Part shown: piece after piece, positions 55,992 to 64,000 of the stretch | Layout: the number at the start of each line of letters is the position of its first letter | Position numbering within the stretch: position 1 is the stretch's first letter | From: an uncultured Candidatus Saccharibacteria bacterium | Lineage (GTDB): Bacteria; Patescibacteriota; Minisyncoccia; Phycocordibacterales; UBA9973 | Direction of reading: 5' to 3' | Length of the DNA: 64,000 bases | Assembly (NCBI GenBank): GCA_964544225.1 | Contig: CAZIZK010000001.1 | Coordinates: 143,477-207,476 of the forward strand | Notes under the pieces: generated by a model | What the model saw: the letters and a program-made list of their open reading frames with translations, nothing else | The model's database searches: none | Told to the model about the DNA's origin: nothing | Made by a program: the position numbers and the translations under genes

Positions 55992-57260
55992 TTAATTGTT
56001 AAAGCTATAGCTTGTACTTCCTTTTTTAATTTTAGCATAAGGGTTTTTGAATCCTCCGCGCATAGACAAGTGTACGTGATTACCAGTAGATGAACCTGTG
56101 GTTCCTACGAGTCCTATCAAGTCACCCTGCTTTACAGTTTGACCAGACACAGCTATTACTTTGCTCATGTGTCCAAACAAAGCTTGCGAACCATCGTTGA
56201 AGTTTACAACTACGTACTGACCGTATCCACCATTGTATCCGACACCATCAGCGATCAACACTGTCCCGTCTTTTATTGAATATATAGGTGTGCCTTTTGG
56301 TGCTGCTATATCTACCGCATTGTCATCGTGTAGACCTTGGGATATTCTTCCAGCTCCTTCGGGTAGTGGCCATATATATCCACCAACAGCAGAACCAGAA
56401 GGGGCTTGGTTTACAGAAGGAGCCTTTTCTTCAACTTCTGGAGTTTTATCTTGCTCAGGTTCTGGAACTTTGGCAACATCTGGCTTTTGAGCTATTGGCT
56501 TGTTGCTAGTTGATAGGGCTTTCTGGTCAGCTTTTGCTATAGCCTTTGCGTCTAAGCCTACAAGGATGATACTGAGCCCTGGTTTAACCTCTGTAGATTT
56601 GGACATTACGTTGTATTCGAGGATATTAGCAACAGAAATTCCATATTTCTTAGATATACTTTCGGCTGTCTCACCCTTTTTAACTGTATACATAACTCCA
56701 GAAAGGGGTATTATAACGAGTGTTTGTCCCACTTTTGTCAGCTCAGAACGTTTTATATCACTATTGGCATATATTATAGCTATTTTTGACACCTTGTTTG
56801 CACGGGCAATACTGTCTAGGGTGTCTCCAGCCTTTACTGTATATACACCAATCCTTGAATCACTAGAAGAGTAGCCTTTGACATCCGCCTCAGTACCCAT
56901 TGGGCCTGTCTTTGACTCTAGAGCTTCGTCCCCCACAATAGTCACGTCTACTATATTTGAGCCGGGCTTCAATTCTGAAGTAAGGGAAGGTTCCATGAGC
57001 TGTATAGTCTGTGAATTGTGAACAACATCATCAGATGTATCCTCGGCAGCCATGGTCTTGTTACCAAATATATCTCCAATAAATGAAAAGAGTCCCGCAT
57101 GCGCCTGCACAGGGACTACTAATATAGACAATATCAACACCAAAGAAGAAAAGGCCTTTGTAACATTAGGCTTGTAAAATATAGATATTTTAGTAGGAAT
57201 GGCTTGTCCACGGCTGGAGGATGAGCGCATTTCTACTTTTGTATTAGAGTTTATTTTCAT
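55992..57260 (-). CDS. LysM-domain M23 family peptidoglycan endopeptidase
   Basis: Two LysM motifs (YTVKAGDTL, YTVKKGET); H---D (HDDNAVD) and H-x-H (NHVH); start codon uncertain. Confidence 0.9.
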   Translation of the reverse strand: MKINSNTKVEMRSSSSRGQAIPTKISIFYKPNVTKAFSSLVLILSILVVPVQAHAGLFSFIGDIFGNKTMAAEDTSDDVVHNSQTIQLMEPSLTSELKPGSNIVDVTIVGDEALESKTGPMGTEADVKGYSSSDSRIGVYTVKAGDTLDSIARANKVSKIAIIYANSDIKRSELTKVGQTLVIIPLSGVMYTVKKGETAESISKKYGISVANILEYNVMSKSTEVKPGLSIILVGLDAKAIAKADQKALSTSNKPIAQKPDVAKVPEPEQDKTPEVEEKAPSVNQAPSGSAVGGYIWPLPEGAGRISQGLHDDNAVDIAAPKGTPIYSIKDGTVLIADGVGYNGGYGQYVVVNFNDGSQALFGHMSKVIAVSGQTVKQGDLIGLVGTTGSSTGNHVHLSMRGGFKNPYAKIKKGSTSYSFNN

Positions 57261-57487
57261 AATTTATTGGGTCTTGCGGTGTGTCAGACGTGTACGATCT
57301 GTTCGGTATTTACTGTATTTATAAGGGTAAAACCTTATATTCATAAATGGTAACCCAAAGGGGGTATATGGTCAACCCAGATATGCACAGTTTTGTCCAC
57401 ATGGTCAAAAATCCTGAAAATACCCTTATTTCCCCCTATAAAGCCTTATTTTTGACACTTTTTATAAATACGTGGTATAATTTTTCT

Positions 57488-59278
57488 ATGGTAAAAGAAA
57501 AACTCCAAAGCCTAGGTGGTGGTGATTGGGAAGACCAGCTCGCTAAACTAGCAGACAAAGTAAATCCAGAAATAATAAAAAAAGAAGATGGGTTGAAAAA
57601 CATAGACCTATTAAGAAAGGTTCCTCTTGGGGTTGCAAATGTTTATGAGGATAATGAAGGTAACTTGGCTACCTACTCAAATGAAAAACCTCAAAAAATC
57701 ACAATCGAAGACAAAGTTGTTAACAATATAAAGCTAAACAACAGTGAGATCAAAACAGGAAGTAAAATACACATAAATGATAGGGAAGAAATTCAGATAG
57801 ATGGCATAGCTACCGACGGTGACCATAACCTGATTTACTACCGCACAATAAAGAAGTCACCGATGGGGGACGTAAAGATATCGGATTCAAAAAAAGAGGA
57901 GGAGTTCCTACAGATGGTAAGCAGTAAGGGTGGCGTGTTTATAAAAGACTATACGGTAAAAGCAAGGGGTGAGAAGATAGAGTCCGCAAATTTAAATGAC
58001 CAAAACGGTTCTAGTAATGAACAGCCTAAAAGTGATACAATTGTGAATATGGTAAAAGAAACTCCAAAAATAGAACCTGTGACTAATCCTGTAAACGATA
58101 CAGAGAATTTTGTTGATACTAAAAAAGATGATATAGAGAATCTTTTAGACGAGCATAAAAAATATTTGAATAATAAATTTAATAATGCAAAAACAGAAGA
58201 AGAAAAAACAAAATTAGAAAAGAAAATAAAATATTTTAATGATTCTCCTTATACTCAATTAAAATCAAACATAGAATATAGTATAAAAAATCTAGAAGAG
58301 AAAATAGAAAATTCAAAAACAAAAGGGGAGGGAAATTCTTTGAAAAGAGTATTGTCTCGCCTTCAGGTTGAATTGGCTTTAGTAGATGAAGCCATAAAAG
58401 AAGAGGAGTTGAAAAATAAGGAAGATAAAAAAACTATTAAACCAAAGGGAGATGCAGAAAATGCTACTAGAAAAGTAGGTCTGCGTCCAATGACACACAC
58501 ACTAAAGACTCCAGATGGAAGTATCTACGAGCTTAGAGATTTAACTGGAACACAGATAGAATTATTTAAAGCTATCCTTTCTGACATAGGGACTAGCCAA
58601 ATATCTCGTGAAGAAATAATTGCCTTAAATGAAAGGATGGATGAAGGGGTAAAGCTTCCAAAAGAAAGCCTTGCTGATCTTCTGTATGCATTTGATATAA
58701 AAAATCCAAAGAAAGAAACTCATGAAGAAATAGCCGCGAATCTTGGTATCCCAACAGAACTACCAGGGTTGGCAGAGGCCCAAGCAGAGCTTGATATTGA
58801 AAAACAAAAGAAAGAAATCATTGATTGGTTTAATAGTGAGATGAAGAAAAGGGATCAGGCTCACCAAGAAAGTGTAGATACTATAAAGGCAAGAATCGCC
58901 GAAATTATGGCTATGCCAGACGATGAGGTCGTAGAAGAAGTAGCAGGTGAGAGTGAGTCTAATTTAAATATTTTGTCAGATGAGGAATTAAATAAAGAGG
59001 AAGCTAAACCTTTTATTCCCGAAGGTATGTGGACAAGAACTCCAGATAAGATTTCACATATAAATGAGAAAAATGAGGTATTTAAATTAGGAGATGAAGT
59101 ATATCAGACCCCAGCACAAGGCAATGCTCCTATTTATGAATACTTAGGTAGTATTACAGGTTTCGATGAAAACTATGCTTACATAACATCTAGGAATGAT
59201 ACAGAAGACAAGAGACCTATTAATACTGATGTTCTGACTAAAAAGGTTCCTGATGGTATGGAAATATCTGGTAAATAA
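57488..59278 (+). CDS. Large charged hypothetical protein
   Basis: Long ORF; TGGTATAAT lies just upstream of ATG 57488. Confidence 0.7.
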   Translation: MVKEKLQSLGGGDWEDQLAKLADKVNPEIIKKEDGLKNIDLLRKVPLGVANVYEDNEGNLATYSNEKPQKITIEDKVVNNIKLNNSEIKTGSKIHINDREEIQIDGIATDGDHNLIYYRTIKKSPMGDVKISDSKKEEEFLQMVSSKGGVFIKDYTVKARGEKIESANLNDQNGSSNEQPKSDTIVNMVKETPKIEPVTNPVNDTENFVDTKKDDIENLLDEHKKYLNNKFNNAKTEEEKTKLEKKIKYFNDSPYTQLKSNIEYSIKNLEEKIENSKTKGEGNSLKRVLSRLQVELALVDEAIKEEELKNKEDKKTIKPKGDAENATRKVGLRPMTHTLKTPDGSIYELRDLTGTQIELFKAILSDIGTSQISREEIIALNERMDEGVKLPKESLADLLYAFDIKNPKKETHEEIAANLGIPTELPGLAEAQAELDIEKQKKEIIDWFNSEMKKRDQAHQESVDTIKARIAEIMAMPDDEVVEEVAGESESNLNILSDEELNKEEAKPFIPEGMWTRTPDKISHINEKNEVFKLGDEVYQTPAQGNAPIYEYLGSITGFDENYAYITSRNDTEDKRPINTDVLTKKVPDGMEISGK

Positions 59279-59415
59279 ACCTTTTCCTTTAATTTTTAAA
59301 AAGGTGTATTGGGCACTCAAAAAAGAAAATTACCTAGAAAAGACCTATATATTAGAGAAGTTAAAGGGGAGCTAGTTTACTTACCTATTGTTTATAAATA
59401 ATATATAATAAACCT

Positions 59416-61617
59416 ATGTCAGAAAAACCATCTTACAATAAAAAAACAAAAAAAGAACTATTAGAAGAGGCTCAAAAAGATCTTCAGAATTTGGAAGATC
59501 GCAGAAAAGAATCGGATGCAGAACTAACAAAAGCTTTTAATGAAAAGCTAGAGAGTATTGGGGGTTCAAAGAAAGAAGATAAAAAGAATGACGATTCTAA
59601 AGAGGGTGCATCTGAAGATACTAAGGTGGAAGAAGCACCTACACCAGATGGCACAAAAGACACCTCAGGTCCTGATGATAAAGGTAAAGAAGGTAAAGAA
59701 CCAACTCCAGAAGAAAAGGGGGTAGAGGAGTCTCGTAGTAAATACCTAGAAGCATTAACTAAATACAACAAAGAACGTGGTGCATGGAGAAAGGTAATAA
59801 CTACACTTGGTATAAAAGAGGGCTACAAGAACAGTAAACTTGCAAATGTAGAAAAAGTAAAGGCTGAATATGATAAGGCTCGTGTAGAACTAGGTAAAAA
59901 GATGAATGCCGACAAGAAAGCTGAGTTAGAAAAAATGGGCCTACATGGCGAAGAAATAAATAAACAACTTTTTGAATACAGAAACGGTGAAATATTTAAA
60001 ATAATACACTTGGATGAATACAAGAAACTCCAAGACGAGCGTGCAGAGAAGCTACCCCCAGAAAGAAAGACTCTATTAAAGAAGGCTTGGAATGCTTCTT
60101 GGAAAGTTTTCAGTGCCTATTCAGACTTGGGTAAAAAAGGAGGGACATTATTTAAAATACCAATACCAAAAAGTGGAGGCAAGAAATTTGATGTTACTTG
60201 GGGCTTCTTAGCAAAATCAGCAGGCACAGCTGCATTCTTCACATTAACTGCAGGTGGAGGCTGGGCAATGTGGGGAGCAAGAGCAACGAAAGGTTTAACT
60301 AGCGGTATTACAGCAGGTATAACAAATAAATTTATAAAAAATAAACAGGAAAAGAATCTAGATAGATTTAAAATAGATATAGGTAATAAAAAGAGTGACT
60401 TGCAAAACAAATTCACTTCTGGAAATATTAGTCTAGTTGAATATGAAAAGGAATTTGAAAAGATAAATAAGATGGTTGAAAGAAAAGAGCGTATCCAGAT
60501 GGCAACACGTGCTGCCGCAAGTGTACTTGTGGGCGTAGGAACTTCTTATGGAATGTCACATGCTATGGATAACGGTACAGAAACAACAGGTCATAATACA
60601 AAAACAGTAGAAACCAAAACAACTACGGTTGAACAAACTACTCCTGAACCAGCAACTTCAGAACCAGCACCTGTGACAGATAGTATTCCAAAAGAAGCAA
60701 TGATTGATGCGGAGCATAATGTAGGTATTACTTATGCACTCAAGTCACAATTAGAAGCTAATAGTGACTTAGCACACAAGCTAGGCTACGACGTAGCGCC
60801 AAACAAGGCCCAGTTCCTCGCTGACTTGGGTAAGAAGCTTGGCTATATAAATGAGCACGGCGATGTACGTGTACAAGCTGACATGGGTGCAGCGTATGTA
60901 TTGAACTCAGATGGAAGTGTTACTGAATATCAGAACGGTGTAAAAATAGAAGGCCATAATGCAGGTGACACATTTGAAGGGAAAGATGTTCAAGAAAAAT
61001 ACGAATACTATAATGAAAATAAAGTTCCTAGCCCAAAGAGTGGCAAGAGTGTATTCGATGGCCCTGCTACAAGTATCGCACCGAGTGGTGCTCGTGTAGA
61101 GGGTAGCCCAGATGAATTTGCAGGGCAAGCTACTGGTATTGGTGGTGCACCTTTGGATGCAAATAATCCTGATTCATGGGTTCTGGATAGTAGAGGTTCC
61201 GGAGGTAGGTTGAATCAAGAATTAATAACCGAAAACAAGAAATTGTTGAGTACAAATGGTGCTGCTGAAGAAATGGCTCGCCGTGCCGGAGTAAATAATA
61301 TTGCAGGCACCCAAGATGCAAACACAATAAATTTAGAAAGTACCGAACAATTTCTAAATGAAAAACAAAATATTTTAAATAAAACATTCTATAATATTGC
61401 TAGTTGGAGTAATGATTACAATCATGCCCGATGGGATCATGTCAAATTAATAAATATGGATGAGTTAGCTAGACCAGAACATGAATTTGCATCTAGAGGT
61501 GAAGCAAAGAGTGTGGCTAGATTAATCACAAAAGCAAGAGACGCTGGTATAGATTATCATGGTAAGACAGCCGACCAATTGGTAAACGAAATAGTAAAGA
61601 AGGGATTAGTAAAATAA
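59416..61617 (+). CDS. Large hypothetical protein with coiled coils and Gly/Ala-rich hydrophobic hairpins
   Basis: 733-aa ORF; segments AGTAAFFTLTAGGGWAMWG and AAASVLVGVG. Confidence 0.75.
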   Translation: MSEKPSYNKKTKKELLEEAQKDLQNLEDRRKESDAELTKAFNEKLESIGGSKKEDKKNDDSKEGASEDTKVEEAPTPDGTKDTSGPDDKGKEGKEPTPEEKGVEESRSKYLEALTKYNKERGAWRKVITTLGIKEGYKNSKLANVEKVKAEYDKARVELGKKMNADKKAELEKMGLHGEEINKQLFEYRNGEIFKIIHLDEYKKLQDERAEKLPPERKTLLKKAWNASWKVFSAYSDLGKKGGTLFKIPIPKSGGKKFDVTWGFLAKSAGTAAFFTLTAGGGWAMWGARATKGLTSGITAGITNKFIKNKQEKNLDRFKIDIGNKKSDLQNKFTSGNISLVEYEKEFEKINKMVERKERIQMATRAAASVLVGVGTSYGMSHAMDNGTETTGHNTKTVETKTTTVEQTTPEPATSEPAPVTDSIPKEAMIDAEHNVGITYALKSQLEANSDLAHKLGYDVAPNKAQFLADLGKKLGYINEHGDVRVQADMGAAYVLNSDGSVTEYQNGVKIEGHNAGDTFEGKDVQEKYEYYNENKVPSPKSGKSVFDGPATSIAPSGARVEGSPDEFAGQATGIGGAPLDANNPDSWVLDSRGSGGRLNQELITENKKLLSTNGAAEEMARRAGVNNIAGTQDANTINLESTEQFLNEKQNILNKTFYNIASWSNDYNHARWDHVKLINMDELARPEHEFASRGEAKSVARLITKARDAGIDYHGKTADQLVNEIVKKGLVK

Positions 61618-61639
61618 TTATTAATTAATATAAAATTAT

Positions 61640-61954
61640 ATGGCATTAGATACACAAACACATGATATATTGGCAAAAGCATTGGGGGTAGATAATCTAC
61701 CCGAGGACCAAAAGGCAACCATGATCGAGACAGCGGGTGCAATAATCTACCAAGCAGTATTAACACGTGCAATGGAGGAGATGCCCGAGGAGGCTCTCGA
61801 CGAGTTCGAGAAGATAATAAATGCGGAACCAACTCCAGAACTAGTATTTGCATTCTTCCGTAGTAAGATACCAAACTTTGACGCAATGATAGAGGAAGAG
61901 GCAAAGAATTTCATCGAAGACGGTCAGAATATAATGAGTCAGATAGGAGAATAG
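61640..61954 (+). CDS. Small acidic conserved CPR protein (DUF5663-like)
   Basis: LG...LP...K...I....IP.F....EE pattern. Confidence 0.6.
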   Translation: MALDTQTHDILAKALGVDNLPEDQKATMIETAGAIIYQAVLTRAMEEMPEEALDEFEKIINAEPTPELVFAFFRSKIPNFDAMIEEEAKNFIEDGQNIMSQIGE

Positions 61955-61960
61955 TAAGAT

Positions 61961-61991
61961 AATTACGAATTTCAAATTACGAATTACGAAT
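61961..61991 (+). repeat. Short heptamer tandem repeat
   Basis: AATTACG-AATTTCA-AATTACG-AATTACG-AAT. Confidence 0.7.
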
Positions 61992-61995
61992 AAAT

Positions 61996-62040
61996 TAGCA
62001 TAAAAAATCCTAGAGCAAAGCTCTGGGATTTTTTATGCTA
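61996..62040. terminator. Intrinsic terminator overlapping the pcrA -10
   Basis: TAGCATAAAAAATCCTAGAGC-aaa-GCTCTGGGATTTTTTATGCTA. Confidence 0.8.
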
Positions 62041-62052
62041 GAATAGTGTGAT

Positions 62053-63969
62053 ATGAATACGAATTATTTAGATGAACTCAATGCCAAACAGCGCGAAGCA
62101 GCCGAATATATAGAGGGCCCACTACTAATAGTAGCCGGTGCTGGTGCAGGCAAGACAAAGACTCTAACATATCGTATCGCGAACCTGATCAATCATGGCG
62201 TAGCCCCGGACAAAATATTAGCGGTAACATTTACCAACAAGGCAGCTCGTGAAATGCGCGAGCGCACTTTAAAGATGTTCGAGGGGCGCAACTACAACAG
62301 TATCCCTACTATATCTACATTCCACTCACTCGGGGTAAAGATCATAAAGGAGAATGCCCATATGCTAGGCCTGACCAAACACTTTGCTATAGCGGACGAA
62401 AGCGATGCATTGAGCATCATAAAAGACGCTTTGAAGAGTTTGGACTTGGATATCAAACAATACGAACCGAGGAAGATAAAGTCTATAATATCCAAATCAA
62501 AAGGTGATTTCATAACCCAGAGCAAGTTCGCCGAGGATGCAGTATCACACTTTGCCCAGCTTGTAGCCCGCATATGGAAGATGTATGAAGAAGGTTTGAA
62601 GAAGGAGATGGCCCTGGACTTCGACGACCTGTTGCTGGAGACAGTTATGCTACTAAAGAAGTACCCCGAGCTTCGCGATACTTATCAAAAAAGGTGGGAG
62701 TATATTCATATAGACGAGTATCAGGATACGAACGAAGTTCAATATGAACTGACTAAATTATTGGTGAGTGAAAAGCACAATATTTGTGTGGTAGGTGACA
62801 CTGATCAGAATATCTATAGCTGGCGTGGTGCCAATATAAAGAACATGCTTCACTTCGAGAAGGATTATACAGAGGCAAAGATAGTCATGCTCGAACAGAA
62901 CTACCGCTCTACTAAGACAATCATCGAAGCCGCAAATGAAGTAATAAAGAAGAACGTATTTCGTGCAGACAAGAACTTGTTTACCGACAATCATGTGGGT
63001 GAGGCTATCACTATCTACGAAGCGTACGACGAAGTTTACGAAGCCAACTTTGTCGCCAACACAATATATGAATTGCTGGAGAGTGGTAAAGCTGAACCAA
63101 GCAATATCGCCGTGCTCTACCGTGCCAACTTTCAATCCCGAATATTAGAAGAGGCGATGCTGGGTAAACAAATACCGTATCAAGTATTGGGGGTAAAGTT
63201 CTTCGAGCGCAGAGAAGTGCGCGACATGCTTTCATATATACGTGCCTCACTAAACAAGGAAAGCTTGTCCGATATTAAACGTATCATCAATGTCCCAGCC
63301 CGAGGTATAGGCAAGGTAACTATTGCAAAATTGTTTGCGAACCAATTCACCGACTTGCCAGCTACAATGCAAATAAAGATAAATAAATTCTATACACTAC
63401 TGGACTCTATCCGACAAATGAGCGAGGGTAGCCCTGTAAGTGAAGTTATCAAATATACACTCGAAGCAAGTGGCCTGGATAAAGAACTAGCCGAAGGTGG
63501 AGAAGAAGGTTTAGAAAGATTGGAAAATATCAAAGAGTTGGTGTCTCTGGCTACCAAGTATGATGCATATGGTGAAGAGGGGTTGGATATGTTGCTCACC
63601 GATGCGGCCCTTGCAAGCGACCAAGACAGCCTGAACCAACCTGTAGATGGGGTACGCCTTATGACAGTGCACGCATCTAAAGGGCTCGAGTTCAAATACG
63701 TATTTATCACAGGCCTCGAGCAGGACTTGTTCCCTCATCAACGATCTGGCAATTCAAAGAACGCAGGCGAGAGCGAGGAGGAACGCAGACTATTCTATGT
63801 AGCGCTCACTCGTGCTGAACACAAACTATACCTATCATACGCACAACTCCGTACAATATTCGGCATGAAGCAGGTGAACAGCCCTAGCGAGTTCCTGTCT
63901 GATATCCCAGGCCACCTTACTACACTCGAATCAGGTGGTGGTAATGGGGAAAAAATTGTATATTTATAA
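62053..63969 (+). CDS. pcrA: ATP-dependent DNA helicase PcrA/UvrD
   Basis: AGAGAGKT, TFTNKAA, DEYQD, NYRS, TVHASKGLEF and YVALTRA motifs. Confidence 0.97.
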   Translation: MNTNYLDELNAKQREAAEYIEGPLLIVAGAGAGKTKTLTYRIANLINHGVAPDKILAVTFTNKAAREMRERTLKMFEGRNYNSIPTISTFHSLGVKIIKENAHMLGLTKHFAIADESDALSIIKDALKSLDLDIKQYEPRKIKSIISKSKGDFITQSKFAEDAVSHFAQLVARIWKMYEEGLKKEMALDFDDLLLETVMLLKKYPELRDTYQKRWEYIHIDEYQDTNEVQYELTKLLVSEKHNICVVGDTDQNIYSWRGANIKNMLHFEKDYTEAKIVMLEQNYRSTKTIIEAANEVIKKNVFRADKNLFTDNHVGEAITIYEAYDEVYEANFVANTIYELLESGKAEPSNIAVLYRANFQSRILEEAMLGKQIPYQVLGVKFFERREVRDMLSYIRASLNKESLSDIKRIINVPARGIGKVTIAKLFANQFTDLPATMQIKINKFYTLLDSIRQMSEGSPVSEVIKYTLEASGLDKELAEGGEEGLERLENIKELVSLATKYDAYGEEGLDMLLTDAALASDQDSLNQPVDGVRLMTVHASKGLEFKYVFITGLEQDLFPHQRSGNSKNAGESEEERRLFYVALTRAEHKLYLSYAQLRTIFGMKQVNSPSEFLSDIPGHLTTLESGGGNGEKIVYL

Positions 63970-63970
63970 T

Positions 63971-64000
63971 ATGATACACAAAGCTAAAAAGTCACTAGGG
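63971..64000 (+). CDS. rsmA: Probable 16S rRNA dimethyltransferase RsmA/KsgA (first 10 codons only)
   Basis: MIHKAKKSLG matches the KsgA N-terminal AKKSLGQNF motif. Confidence 0.55.
   Translation, partial: MIHKAKKSLG

Noticed and set aside
3224-63741. Many antisense or overlapping ORFs in the track (e.g. 3441-3914, 28435-28953, 38518-39063, 52258-52887)
   Set aside because: Shadow frames of well-supported genes with no motifs of their own
1-64000. CRISPR array, cas, reverse transcriptase, transposase or prophage genes
   Set aside because: No regularly spaced repeat-spacer array or recognisable motifs for these genes were seen
1-64000. Alternative genetic code (TGA=Gly or TAG recoding)
   Set aside because: Conserved genes are full length under code 11; TGA ends the desaturase and TAG ends several genes; only comM has an internal stop

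Overview
Chromosomal window of a low-GC, reduced-genome bacterium, most likely Patescibacteria/CPR (Parcubacteria, Nomurabacteria-like). This placement is inferred from the split ComEC, the type IV pilus cluster with CPR-type surface proteins, a PPIase-less trigger factor, tRNA-Arg(UCG), CCA-less tRNA genes and near-leaderless genes. The genetic code appears to be the standard code 11. Housekeeping content: rpsG, rpsL, rpmB, guaA, SOD, rnhA, recJ, pgk, tpiA, nusA, ppa, tig, clpP, rny, HU, four tRNAs, cca, xth, a Xer-type recombinase, rpsO, tdh, kbl, dinJ-yafQ, glmS, pnp, dksA-like, pcrA/uvrD and the start of rsmA. Main observations: (1) stand-alone genes with Bacteroidota-type export signals or affinities, namely a T9SS C-terminal-domain protein, a C-x-K-D lipoprotein, a fatty-acid desaturase, DUF4286 and tdh/glmS, inserted between conserved genes; two of them share a near-identical promoter. 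(2) A dispersed family of three multi-branched palindromic elements with compensatory base changes. (3) Six parS-like palindromes, four of them inside the cca coding sequence, next to a DnaA box. (4) comM split by a single in-frame TAG. (5) REP-like AGGTCCGACCT hairpins and structured leaders upstream of pnp and nusA. All family assignments were made by eye from motifs; no searches were run.
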